Shown here: positions 16,920-26,168 of the stretch, one piece after another
Position numbering within the stretch: position 1 is the first letter of the stretch
Layout: each line of letters starts with the position of its first letter
Origin: Chitinophagaceae bacterium
GTDB taxonomy: Bacteria > Bacteroidota > Bacteroidia > Chitinophagales > Chitinophagaceae
Direction: 5' to 3'
DNA length: 64,000 nt
NCBI GenBank assembly: GCA_947372235.1
Contig: CANBSW010000001.1
Span: 3,078-67,077 of the forward strand
Notes under the pieces: generated by a model
Seen by the model: the letters and a program-made list of their open reading frames with translations, nothing else
What the model was told of the DNA's origin: nothing
The model's database searches: none
Made by a program: the position numbers and the translations under genes

Positions 16920-19832
16920 ATGCCAACAAACAAAAAATCAGTAAATAAATCTGTTGAGAAAAAAGATGCTATTACTTCAAATAGTCAAACAAAAGCAAAT
17001 TTAGCTGCTACCGAAAGTAAAAAAACGGCTCCAAAAAAAACTCCCAAAAATTCAAAAGCAGTTAAACAGACAATAGCATCCGTAAAATCAAAATCAGAAA
17101 AAACTCCCTCTGTAAAACCATATTTACAAAAGATCATTTTTCAGATCGCATTTCAAACCCAATTCGGACAGGAATTGTTTATTACGGGAGACCATCCTCT
17201 ATTGGGAAATGGAGATATAACTAAAGCAGTACCCTTACAATATTTTAATGAATCATTTTGGTATCTGGTAATTGAACTGAAACCGGAAGATGTTACAGAA
17301 CACCCAATTACTTATCAGTACATTCTGAAAAATGCGGATGGGCAAATGAGTTTTGATTGGGGCAATGATAAATCAATCATTCCTGCAAAGATCCTGGCCA
17401 AAGAATTGCTCGTTATAGACTCTTGGAATTATGCAGGTTATTTTGAAAATACATTTTATACAGAACCTTTTGTTAAGGTATTATTGAATGCCAATCATAC
17501 TCCAATCAAAACGGTTACTCCTAAAAAGACAACACATACCCTTAAAGTGAAAACACCTCTGCTTGCAAAGGGGCAAACGCTTTGTGTATTAGGCAGTAGT
17601 ATTGATGTAAGCAATTGGGATATTAGCAACCCTGTTTTATTGAGCAGGCCTGAGGGAGAAGATTTTTACAATATATCACTCGATCTGAGTAAAGCATCTT
17701 TTCCGATCGCTTATAAATATGGTGTGTACGATGTTGAAGCAAAACAATTTATTCGGTTTGAAGATGGCAATAACCGGGTTTTGCATGATGCGGGCAAACC
17801 CAATCGTCAAACTATGATCAATGATGGCTTTGCCATTTTACCAAACAATACCTGGAAAGGTGCGGGAATAGCCATTCCTGTTTTTAGTTTGCGTTCTGAG
17901 AAAAGTTTTGGGGTAGGGGAGTTTACTGATATGGCATTGCTGGTAGACTGGGCAAAACAAACCGGATTAAAAATGATCCAGCTTCTACCGGTTAATGATA
18001 CTACGGCAACACATACCTGGATGGATTCTTATCCTTATGCCGCTATATCTGCATTTGCATTGCATCCAATGTATCTCAATCTGGATCAACTTTCTGATGC
18101 ATCAAGCCGTAAAAGATTGCAAAAATTAGAACCTGAACGTTTACGTCTGAATGCCTTACCTACTGTTGATTATGATACGGTGAACAAGATCAAATGGAAC
18201 TATGTAAAAGCCGTTTATGAAGTAACGGGAGAAGAGATATTTAAGACCAAAGAATACGCAAATTATTTTGAACGCAATAAACACTGGCTGGTTCCATATG
18301 CTGCATTCTGTTACCTGCGCGATCAGTATGGTACTGTTGATTTTAGCAAATGGCCTGCATATAAAAAATACAATGCAGAAGAGATCAGTACACTGACAGA
18401 TAAAAAATCTGATGCATTTACAGATATTGGCCTGCATTATTTTATTCAATACCATCTTCATGTACAATTACAGCAAGCCACAGCTTATGCTCATGCCAAT
18501 GGAATTATTGTAAAAGGTGATATTGCCATTGGTGTTTATCGTAATGGAGCCGATGCATGGCAAAATCCTGAATTGTATCATTTGGATTTTCAGGCAGGTG
18601 CACCACCGGATGACTTTGCAGTTACAGGACAGAACTGGGGTTTCCCTACTTATAACTGGCAACGTATGCGCAAAGACGGCTTTGCCTGGTGGAAGCAGCG
18701 TTTTGAACAGATGAGTGATTATTTTGATGCTTTTAGAATCGATCATATACTTGGATTCTTCCGCATCTGGAGCATACCAATGAATGCGGTTGAAGGAATC
18801 ATGGGACATTTTGTTCCGGCTATTCCCATTCATATTAATGAGTTCAATGGCAATGGGATCTGGTTTGATCATGCCAGATATACAAAACCATTTATCAATG
18901 AGAATGTTTTATGGCAGGTATTTGGTTATGATAATGAACTGGTGAAAAGCCTTTTTTTAAAACATGCCGGGAATGGTGTTTATGAGCTGAAGCCTGAATT
19001 TGCAACCCAGCGTTTGGCAGAACATTATTTTAATACACTGGAAAAAGATACACATCATTCAAAAATTCAACAGGGTTTATATAACCTGATCAGTAATGTA
19101 ATCTTGTTTGAGGAAGAAAATACGAACGGACAACAATTTCATTTCAGATTTGGAATGGAAAACACTACTTCATTCAAAAACCTTGAATGGAATACACAAC
19201 AACAGTTACGTGAATTATACCTTGATTATTTCTTCCGCCGCCAGGATGATTTCTGGATGAAAGAAGCCATGCAAAAATTACCTGCCTTAAAACGTGTAAC
19301 CAATATGCTGGTTTGTGGTGAAGACCTTGGTCTCGTTCCTGCATGTGTACCGGATGTGATGAAACAATTGGGATTATTGAGCCTGGAAATTCAACGCATG
19401 CCCAAAGACCCCACAAAACAATTCTTTCATCCCAATGATGCTCCTTATTTAAGTGTGGTAACACCATCCACTCACGATATGAGCACAATACGAGGCTGGT
19501 GGGAAGAAGACAGAGAAAGAATACAACAATTCTACAATAATTCACTTGGTCAATGGGGAGATGCACCGGTGTATTGTGAAGCATGGATCAACAAAGCCAT
19601 TGTTTTGCAACATTTATATTCACCAGCCATGTGGAGTATTTTTCAATTACAGGATCTTCTGGGAATGGATGAATTGTTACGCAGAGCCAACCCCGCAGAT
19701 GAACGTATCAATATCCCCGCCAATCCAAAGCACTATTGGCAATACAGAATGCATATTAGTCTGGAAGAATTGTTGGCTGCAAAAGAGTATAATGAGCAAC
19801 TGAAGGGAACCATTGTAGCGGGTGGTAGATGA
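16920..19832 (+). CDS. malQ: 4-alpha-glucanotransferase (GH77, DPE2-like, tandem CBM20) with a basic N-terminal extension
   Basis: Two CBM20-like segments; GIAIPVFSLRS, GDIAIGV, RIDHILGFFR, GEDLG and STHD motifs. Start ATG 16920. Confidence 0.93.
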   Translation: MPTNKKSVNKSVEKKDAITSNSQTKANLAATESKKTAPKKTPKNSKAVKQTIASVKSKSEKTPSVKPYLQKIIFQIAFQTQFGQELFITGDHPLLGNGDITKAVPLQYFNESFWYLVIELKPEDVTEHPITYQYILKNADGQMSFDWGNDKSIIPAKILAKELLVIDSWNYAGYFENTFYTEPFVKVLLNANHTPIKTVTPKKTTHTLKVKTPLLAKGQTLCVLGSSIDVSNWDISNPVLLSRPEGEDFYNISLDLSKASFPIAYKYGVYDVEAKQFIRFEDGNNRVLHDAGKPNRQTMINDGFAILPNNTWKGAGIAIPVFSLRSEKSFGVGEFTDMALLVDWAKQTGLKMIQLLPVNDTTATHTWMDSYPYAAISAFALHPMYLNLDQLSDASSRKRLQKLEPERLRLNALPTVDYDTVNKIKWNYVKAVYEVTGEEIFKTKEYANYFERNKHWLVPYAAFCYLRDQYGTVDFSKWPAYKKYNAEEISTLTDKKSDAFTDIGLHYFIQYHLHVQLQQATAYAHANGIIVKGDIAIGVYRNGADAWQNPELYHLDFQAGAPPDDFAVTGQNWGFPTYNWQRMRKDGFAWWKQRFEQMSDYFDAFRIDHILGFFRIWSIPMNAVEGIMGHFVPAIPIHINEFNGNGIWFDHARYTKPFINENVLWQVFGYDNELVKSLFLKHAGNGVYELKPEFATQRLAEHYFNTLEKDTHHSKIQQGLYNLISNVILFEEENTNGQQFHFRFGMENTTSFKNLEWNTQQQLRELYLDYFFRRQDDFWMKEAMQKLPALKRVTNMLVCGEDLGLVPACVPDVMKQLGLLSLEIQRMPKDPTKQFFHPNDAPYLSVVTPSTHDMSTIRGWWEEDRERIQQFYNNSLGQWGDAPVYCEAWINKAIVLQHLYSPAMWSIFQLQDLLGMDELLRRANPADERINIPANPKHYWQYRMHISLEELLAAKEYNEQLKGTIVAGGR

Positions 19833-19838
19833 GGCTTT

Positions 19839-19956
19839 GAACAGAGGAATATCCAACAAGGAACAGATGAATGATGAAGTAAATTTATTTTCGAGAACAT
19901 CCTTCATTATTCCTGGCTCGTATGTTCGATATTCATCTGTTCTTTTTCATCTGTTC
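19839..19956. repeat. GAACAGATGAATGATGAAGT-family element
   Basis: GAACAGAGGAATATCCAACAAGGAACAGATGAATGATGAAGT...GTTCGATATTCATCTGTTC. Confidence 0.78.
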
Positions 19957-19987
19957 AATTATCTTTGCAACAATTAAACACAAAGAT

Positions 19988-21001
19988 TTGAAACTCAGTT
20001 ATCGCCAAACCAATCTCCCTTTCCAATACCCTTTTACCATTTCAAATGGACGAACAAAAACACACCAACCCGCATTATTGGTAGCTCTTGAATTGGGGCC
20101 TTTTATGGGTTTTGGAGAAGCACCGGCTATTGTTTATTACAACATAACCGTTGAACAAATGATCGCTGATCTGGAAGAGAAAAGAACCTTGGTTGAGAAA
20201 TTCGCGTTTACAGAACCTGAACGTTACTGGCATTATTTACATCATTTATTTCCCAATAATCCCTTTTTAGTTTGTGCATTGGATATGGCCGCATGGGATC
20301 TGTATGGCAAAATGAAAAGCAAGCCATTATATGAACTCTGGAATACCAAATGGGAAAATACACCCCTAACAGATTACACCATTGGCATTGACACCATCGA
20401 AAAAATGGTGGAAAAAATGAAAGCCAAACCATGGCCGGTTTATAAGATCAAATTGGGAACGGATGAAGATATCCGGATCGTAGAAGCTTTACGAAAACAT
20501 ACCAATGCTGCATTGCGTATTGATGCCAATGCGGGTTGGACAGTTTCAGAAGCTCTTGAAAAAATACCTCAGTTAGCCGCACTTGGTGTTGAATTTATTG
20601 AACAACCACTTGCCAAAGATGATTGGGATGGAATGAAAATGCTATTCGAAAAATCTTCACTTCCTTTATTTGCAGATGAAAGTTGTGTGTTTGAAAAAGA
20701 TGTGGAAAGATGTCACAACCATTTTCATGGCATCAATATCAAACTCACCAAATGCAGTGGTATCACACCCGCTATCAGAATGATACAAGAGGCACGGCAA
20801 TTAAATATGCAGGTAATGATGGGCAGCATGAATGAATGCACCATTGGTTCTGCAGCTGTTGCTAATTTTCTTCCTCAACTAGACCACGTTGATATGGATG
20901 GCCCTTTATTACTTTCAGAAGACATCGCAGAAGGAATTCAGTTTGATTTTGGAAAAGTGAATTTGTCGGGTAAGCCGGGGCTTGGAGTGAGATTCATTTA
21001 G
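19988..21001 (+). CDS. L-Ala-D/L-Glu dipeptide epimerase (enolase superfamily)
   Basis: YKIKLG, RIDANAGW, EQP, ADES, NIKLTKCSG and DMDGP motifs. Probable start TTG 19988; the track's extension lies inside the repeat. Confidence 0.9.
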   Translation: MKLSYRQTNLPFQYPFTISNGRTKTHQPALLVALELGPFMGFGEAPAIVYYNITVEQMIADLEEKRTLVEKFAFTEPERYWHYLHHLFPNNPFLVCALDMAAWDLYGKMKSKPLYELWNTKWENTPLTDYTIGIDTIEKMVEKMKAKPWPVYKIKLGTDEDIRIVEALRKHTNAALRIDANAGWTVSEALEKIPQLAALGVEFIEQPLAKDDWDGMKMLFEKSSLPLFADESCVFEKDVERCHNHFHGINIKLTKCSGITPAIRMIQEARQLNMQVMMGSMNECTIGSAAVANFLPQLDHVDMDGPLLLSEDIAEGIQFDFGKVNLSGKPGLGVRFI

Positions 21002-21009
21002 TCAGCTTT

Positions 21010-21093
21010 TCGTGAGCTGTGAATCGTGAGTGAATTAATAGTATCAGAAAATATTCACCATTCACCACTCACGACTGACGTCTCACGCTCACG
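21010..21093. repeat. Heptamer-period inverted array (TCGTGAG / CTCACGA)
   Basis: tcgtgag-ctgtgaa-tcgtgag-tgaa ... ttcacca-ttcacca-ctcacga-ctgacgt-ctcacg-ctcacg. Confidence 0.7.
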
Positions 21094-21173
21094 TCCTTCA
21101 TTAACGAAACTCTAACAATCACAACAATTTCTGGCATTGCGTTTGGATTAGGTAGTGTATAAAACTTTGAATT

Positions 21174-21752
21174 ATGAAAAAGTTACTACTTACAACAGCA
21201 ATGATTATGAGTGCTTTTCTTTTTATGAATGAAACAAAAGCACAGGTCAGATTTAATCTGAATGTAAATCTCGGTATAAGACCCAACTGGGGATTAGCTG
21301 GTAATTATTCAGGTGATTATTATTACTTACCTGAGATTGATACTTATTATGATATACCTCACCATCAGTTTATTTATTTTGACGGTGGCGAATGGATCTA
21401 TGCGAATGAACTTCCTTATATCTATCGCAACTACGATCTGTTCAGTGGTTATAAAGTAGTGGTGAATGAATATCGCCCTTTTTTACACGCAAGTGTTTAT
21501 CGCGACAGATACAGAAACTATTATAATACCTATCATCAGCCTGTGATCTTGGCACAAAGACAGGGTTATTATGATAATCGTTCAGATAACCGCTACTATG
21601 GAAGCAGGGATAATGACCGCTACAATAACAGAGGCCGTGATTTTGACCGTGATGACCGTAACAACAGAAACCGCTCAAACGAACAACGCGGCCGTGATAA
21701 CGACAGAGGCAGAGACAACGATCGTGGCAGCAACCGTCATGGAAGAGGATAA
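21174..21752 (+). CDS. Secreted hypothetical protein with a Tyr-rich domain and an Arg/Asp/Asn-rich tail
   Basis: Signal peptide ending AQ; YYYLPEIDTYYD...FIY; tail with repeated DNDRGR. Confidence 0.82.
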   Translation: MKKLLLTTAMIMSAFLFMNETKAQVRFNLNVNLGIRPNWGLAGNYSGDYYYLPEIDTYYDIPHHQFIYFDGGEWIYANELPYIYRNYDLFSGYKVVVNEYRPFLHASVYRDRYRNYYNTYHQPVILAQRQGYYDNRSDNRYYGSRDNDRYNNRGRDFDRDDRNNRNRSNEQRGRDNDRGRDNDRGSNRHGRG

Positions 21753-21775
21753 TTTGTTTTGTTTTGATTTATAAG

Positions 21776-21806
21776 AGCATGGAGCATTTGCTTCATGCTT
21801 TTTTTT
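21776..21806 (+). terminator. Intrinsic terminator
   Basis: AGCATGGAGC-ATTT-GCTTCATGCT followed by a T run. Confidence 0.7.
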
Positions 21807-21855
21807 ACTCTGATGTTGGTCGCCCCATCATAGTGCTTGGAAGATTGTATTTATC

Positions 21856-21920
21856 GCCACAGATTCACAGATTACCACAGTTGTACAAAGCAAATCTGTG
21901 GTAATCTGTGAATCTGTAGC
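21856..21920. repeat. GCCACAGA/ATCTGTG palindromic family
   Basis: GCCACAGATTCACAGATTACCACAG...CTGTGGTAATCTGTGAATCTGTAGC. Confidence 0.8.
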
Positions 21921-22032
21921 TTTTATTTCTTTCAAAAAATATTGTCGACTGAAAAACAGCAAAACCTATCACATGAAATGAATTTTGTTTACCTCAATCC
22001 TCTTGTCGAATTTCGCTCTCTAGTAAAAACAC

Positions 22033-22626
22033 ATGAACGACAATCGTAAGCATAGATTATTGGATGTACTTAGCCGTCGCCAGTCGAACCTGACTGTAGT
22101 AATGGAGAATGTGGATGATCCTCATAATATCTCAGCCGTAATGAGAACCTGCGATTGTGTGGGTATTCAGGATATTTATGTGTTAACCACCAAGATCCAT
22201 AAACATAAAAAATTTGGCCCACGCAGCAGTAGCAGTGCAGCCAAATGGTTAACCATACATGAATATACAGATACGCAAGCCTGTTTTGCAGAATTAAGAA
22301 AAAATTATAACCGGATTTTAACCACCCATCTTGCAGCAGATTCTGTAGGATTGTATGAAATAGATTTTACGCAAAGCACAGCTCTGGTATTTGGCAATGA
22401 ACACGATGGGGTAAGTGAAGAGTTTAGAGCGTTGGCCGATGGTAATTTTATCATCCCACAAATGGGGCTTATTCAAAGTCTGAACATTTCGGTAGCCTGT
22501 GCTGTTAGTATTTATGAAGCCATGCGACAAAAAACAGTGGCCGGGCATTACCAGCAACCACAATTACAAAAGGAGCGTGTAGCTTCGATCATGAAAGACT
22601 GGGGGTATTTGGAGAATGATTTATAA
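22033..22626 (+). CDS. TrmH/SpoU-family RNA 2'-O-methyltransferase
   Basis: ENVDDPHNISAVMRT, FGNEHDG and IPQMGLIQSLNISVA motifs. Confidence 0.9.
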   Translation: MNDNRKHRLLDVLSRRQSNLTVVMENVDDPHNISAVMRTCDCVGIQDIYVLTTKIHKHKKFGPRSSSSAAKWLTIHEYTDTQACFAELRKNYNRILTTHLAADSVGLYEIDFTQSTALVFGNEHDGVSEEFRALADGNFIIPQMGLIQSLNISVACAVSIYEAMRQKTVAGHYQQPQLQKERVASIMKDWGYLENDL

Positions 22627-22630
22627 AGGG

Positions 22631-22860
22631 TTCAATAAGAGTAAGGCAAGAGGAAAGAGTGGTAAGAGATTCCTTAACAATTAAACTTTAAAAGAAATCT
22701 AAGTGATTTTTTTTGAAACACATAGGGACATAGGTTAGGAAAAAGTTCACATAGTAATCAATTCTATATGCCCTTGGCTTTAACCTAAGTTCCTATGTGT
22801 TTCAAAAAAAGTTATTAAGGCAGATTGATTCTCTTTATCTCTTGTCCTGCTCCTATTGAA
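22631..22860. repeat. Outer heptamer-like inverted arms enclosing the 104-bp element
   Basis: TTCAATAAGAGTAAGGCAAGAGGAAAGAG (22631-22659) versus CTCTTTATCTCTTGTCCTGCTCCTATTGAA (22831-22860). Confidence 0.65.
22707..22810. mobile_element. 104-bp MITE-like element, copy 1
   Basis: 18-bp perfect terminal IR TTTTTTTGAAACACATAG...CTATGTGTTTCAAAAAAA. A second similar copy is at 50841. No ORF; mobility is inferred. Confidence 0.6.
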
Positions 22861-22876
22861 ACAATAAACTTATGAA

Positions 22877-23356
22877 ATGAAGAAAATATTACTATTCGCA
22901 TTACTGATCGGATCATTTGAATTTGCATCTTCACAACAACTCAAAAAAATAAAAATGAATGAGTTGTTAAAGATGATCGATACCACCACCCAGCCCATCG
23001 TTGTTAATTTCTGGGCCACCTGGTGCGGCCCCTGCATCCGTGAAATTCCCTGGTTTGAGAAAACCATTGCGCAGTTTGCAGATAAGAAGGTTAAATTATT
23101 ATTGGTAAGTCTTGATTATCCCGGCGAATACCCCAAAGGCATTCAGGATTTTATAAAAAAGAATAAATACCGCGCAGAAGTGATCTGGTTAAATGAAACC
23201 AATGCAGAAGAGTTTTGTCCGAAAGTAGATAAATCGTGGGAGGGAACCATTCCTGTTACCTTGATGGTGAACAATAAAAATCACTACCGTCAATTTTATA
23301 ACCAGCAATTACCGGAGGCAAAGCTGGTGCAGGAATTGCAAAAGCTGGTTCAATAG
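22877..23356 (+). CDS. TlpA-family thiol-disulfide oxidoreductase
   Basis: Signal peptide; VVNFWATWCGPC-x-x-E-x-P. Confidence 0.9.
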   Translation: MKKILLFALLIGSFEFASSQQLKKIKMNELLKMIDTTTQPIVVNFWATWCGPCIREIPWFEKTIAQFADKKVKLLLVSLDYPGEYPKGIQDFIKKNKYRAEVIWLNETNAEEFCPKVDKSWEGTIPVTLMVNNKNHYRQFYNQQLPEAKLVQELQKLVQ

Positions 23357-23362
23357 AAAAGC

Positions 23363-23413
23363 GCCACAGATTCCACAGATTATTTTCAATCAAAATCTGT
23401 GCTAATCTGTGGC
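23363..23413. repeat. GCCACAGA/ATCTGTG palindromic family
   Basis: GCCACAGATTCCACAGATT...AATCTGTGCTAATCTGTGGC; lies between convergent genes. Confidence 0.8.
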
Positions 23414-23420
23414 AATAAAA

Positions 23421-23621
23421 TTATTCGCTAACTTCTTCTTCTTTATTGATCTGAGAAAGTTTGCGGTAGAGCCTGATGGTAATGTATAATGCAAGCATAC
23501 TCCCAATCGCCATCGCAACACCCCATCCGCTGCCATATCGGATTCCATCAGCCAATGCATAGGTGATCAGGAAAATGATTCCCAATACAATAATCGTTCT
23601 TAGAGTAGGATTCTTTTTCAT
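23421..23621 (-). CDS. Small two-TM hypothetical protein (66 aa)
   Basis: Two hydrophobic helices, GSGWG loop, acidic tail; fills a gap not covered by other genes. Confidence 0.7.
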   Translation of the reverse strand: MKKNPTLRTIIVLGIIFLITYALADGIRYGSGWGVAMAIGSMLALYITIRLYRKLSQINKEEEVSE

Positions 23622-23697
23622 AAACAGGGGTTTGGTTATGCACTGTGATGCATAAATGTAGGAATTCCATAAAATTTCAAAAAGAATAATTGGGGGG

Positions 23698-23731
23698 TAT
23701 CAGATCCTGGATACTAGGTGCGGGATATTAA
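23698..23731. repeat. Degenerate heptamer array
   Basis: tatcaga-tcctgga-tactagg-tgcggga-tattaa. Confidence 0.45.
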
Positions 23732-23744
23732 ATTCTTGTATGCA

Positions 23745-24707
23745 TTATTTATGCTGATTTGCTTCCTTCAATCTGCGTTCTTCCACTTCTTTGGTAAGAT
23801 AGGTTATACTCACATTCAACTCAAAACCTATCAACAGGATCAGTGAATTGAAATAGATCAGGATCATAATAATTAATACCGTTCCGATAGAACCATAGAT
23901 CTTGTTATAGCTAGCAAAATTATTCACCCACCAGGAAAACAGAATTGTGGTTACCATGGTTAAAACCGTTGCCAGTATTGAACCTGGAGATAAAATATCC
24001 CATCTTTTTTTGATTGAAGGTGCAAACTTATAAATGAATGCAATCCCATAAAATAACAGCCCTACAATGATGGCCCAACGGATACTGCTCCACCAGGTGA
24101 TCCTGGTATCTTTTTTTACATTAAAAACATTGTTCAGCAAATAGATCAATTGTTGCTTTCCAAGAAACAGGGCAAAAGCTGCGATCAGTGTTAACAGAAT
24201 CAGGATGATCGTAAGCCGGATAGCTCTCCATCGCTGGTGCAAAAAAATCCCTTTATGTTCCTGTATCGATTTATCAAATGTTCGGATGATACCGATCATC
24301 GCATTGGATGAATAGAAGATCAACAATAAAAAACCAAAAGAAAAAATACCAACGTGCTGGTTATCTATCAAATCGTTTAAAATATTGGCTATAAAATTGT
24401 AAGTGCTTGAATTAGGTGTGATGTCTTTAAAAAGATTCAAAACTTCCCTGCTTAAACTTTTTGGTTTAGGAAAATAGGGAATGAGTGAAAACAAAAACAG
24501 GATCGCCGCTGGCAATGCCATGATCAGGTTAAATGAAATAGCAGCGGCCCTTTCATTCAATCCCACTTTATTGATCTGCTTTAAAAAAAAGTTCGCCACA
24601 TCATATACCGGTATTCCCCTGAAACCCGGTATTACCCAGCTCTTGCTCTTCTGTAAAAGAAAAGACACGGGTGGAAACCTTAGTATTACGCGTTCCAGTT
24701 TTGTCAA
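23745..24707 (-). CDS. YihY/virulence factor BrkB family membrane protein
   Basis: AAAISFNL-x-x-A-x-P, PGS-x-LAT and YNKIYGSIG motifs. Confidence 0.9.
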   Translation of the reverse strand: MTKLERVILRFPPVSFLLQKSKSWVIPGFRGIPVYDVANFFLKQINKVGLNERAAAISFNLIMALPAAILFLFSLIPYFPKPKSLSREVLNLFKDITPNSSTYNFIANILNDLIDNQHVGIFSFGFLLLIFYSSNAMIGIIRTFDKSIQEHKGIFLHQRWRAIRLTIILILLTLIAAFALFLGKQQLIYLLNNVFNVKKDTRITWWSSIRWAIIVGLLFYGIAFIYKFAPSIKKRWDILSPGSILATVLTMVTTILFSWWVNNFASYNKIYGSIGTVLIIMILIYFNSLILLIGFELNVSITYLTKEVEERRLKEANQHK

Positions 24708-25747
24708 GGCTTGGGTTCGTTTTGTTGTTTTTTGGCCATGTAAATATCCAGTGCTTTCTGGTACTCTTTGGCATATTGGCTATGTTCTTTAAAATTGCTG
24801 CTGAAATGATGATAACCACTAAAATCACTCTTCGCTACAAAGAACAGGTAATCTGTTTTTGGGGCGTCTAAAATAATATCAATGGTTTTGGGTGATGGGG
24901 TACAGATAGGGCCGGGTGGCAAACCTTTCTTTCTGTAAGTATTATACGGCGATGGATTGAACAGGTATTTTTCATAGATCCTCGTTAAAGTAAAATCCTT
25001 CATCGCGTATTTGATGGTTGGACAAGCCTGCAGCGGCATTTCTTTATTTAACCTGTTCGTATAAACACTGGCAATTTTTAGTTTGTCACTATCATAATTG
25101 GTTTCTTCTTCTACAATAGAAGCCAAAATATATACCTGCTCCGGTGTAAACTGAATGGCTTCTGCTTTTGCCTTGCGGTTATTTTTATTCCAGAATGATT
25201 TTTTTGCGTCGGCTAATCTGGCAAAAATATTTTGCAAACTGGTATTCCAGTAAAAAGTATAGGTATCAGGAATGATGAGTGTAAATACGGTGCTCGTATC
25301 CACTCCAAATGGTTCCAGTGATTGATTTGAATTGAGAAATTCCATCACAGCCGTAGAATCTGTCGAAAAATTCTTACCAATCAATTTGGCCAGGTCTTCT
25401 TTAATTCGAAGCCTATTGATCACCAGATTAACACTGGCAAATCTTCCGTTCTTCAGCATTTTGGCAATGCTGAAAGTGCTTTGTCCTTTTTTAACCTCGT
25501 ATTTACCGGGTTTGATCTTGCTCCAGTCAATCATTCGCGAGGATGCCAATGAAAACAATCCTGTATTAAAAACAATATCATTTTGCTGCATTACCTGCAA
25601 TACAGCTGCCTTATCTGTTTTTCCGGGTTCAATAATGAATGACCTTGTTTTCTCGCTAAAACCTGTGCCTGAACCATAGATCATCCAGCATAAAAATGCC
25701 ACAACCAACAGAAAGCCCACCAGAAGAAATTTTACAATTTTCGACAT
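24704..25747 (-). CDS. mltG: Endolytic transglycosylase MltG
   Basis: LASIVEEET, LQACPT, SPYNTY-x-x-x-GLPPGPI and YLFFVAK motifs. Confidence 0.93.
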   Translation of the reverse strand: MSKIVKFLLVGFLLVVAFLCWMIYGSGTGFSEKTRSFIIEPGKTDKAAVLQVMQQNDIVFNTGLFSLASSRMIDWSKIKPGKYEVKKGQSTFSIAKMLKNGRFASVNLVINRLRIKEDLAKLIGKNFSTDSTAVMEFLNSNQSLEPFGVDTSTVFTLIIPDTYTFYWNTSLQNIFARLADAKKSFWNKNNRKAKAEAIQFTPEQVYILASIVEEETNYDSDKLKIASVYTNRLNKEMPLQACPTIKYAMKDFTLTRIYEKYLFNPSPYNTYRKKGLPPGPICTPSPKTIDIILDAPKTDYLFFVAKSDFSGYHHFSSNFKEHSQYAKEYQKALDIYMAKKQQNEPKP

Positions 25748-25765
25748 GTGTTCAAATTAAATAAA

Positions 25766-25792
25766 AAACCCTGTCTGCAAGTACAGACAGGG
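25766..25792 (-). terminator. Intrinsic terminator after secG
   Basis: On the minus strand: CCCTGTCTGTACTTGCAGACAGGG followed by T6. Confidence 0.75.
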
Positions 25793-25813
25793 CATTAAAA
25801 TATCGTTACCGGA

Positions 25814-26167
25814 TTATTTTTTTCCGGAATCAGGTTTTGCAGTAACGGTATTAGCCGGTGCAGGTGCTGGAGCAGGGGCCGGAGCTGTTTGGTTGGTATT
25901 TACTTTCTGTAAAATAGAATTATCAACCCCTACAGAACTGCCGCCTTTCAGAAACAAAGTTGAGAAGATAGCCAGTACCGCAATAATGGCTGCAAACAGC
26001 CAGGTACCTTTCTCAAGCACATCTGTGGTTTGCTTAACACCCATTAACTGGTTGCTGAAACCGCCAACGTTGCCGGAAAGACCGCCACCTTTGGGATTTT
26101 GCACTAAAACCATAAAACCTAACGCAGCAGCTGCAATCACAATCAGAATCAAAAACAAAATGATCAT
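25814..26167 (-). CDS. secG: Preprotein translocase subunit SecG
   Basis: VLVQNPKGGGL...TDVLEKGTW. Confidence 0.93.
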   Translation of the reverse strand: MIILFLILIVIAAAALGFMVLVQNPKGGGLSGNVGGFSNQLMGVKQTTDVLEKGTWLFAAIIAVLAIFSTLFLKGGSSVGVDNSILQKVNTNQTAPAPAPAPAPANTVTAKPDSGKK

Positions 26168-26168
26168 A

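Noticed and set aside
15082-19987. Longer N-termini in the track for the GMC oxidoreductase (15082), glucanotransferase (16761) and epimerase (19922)
   Set aside because: They arise from TTG/ATG codons inside repeat arms or promoter DNA. Family motifs begin at 15124, 16920 and 19988.
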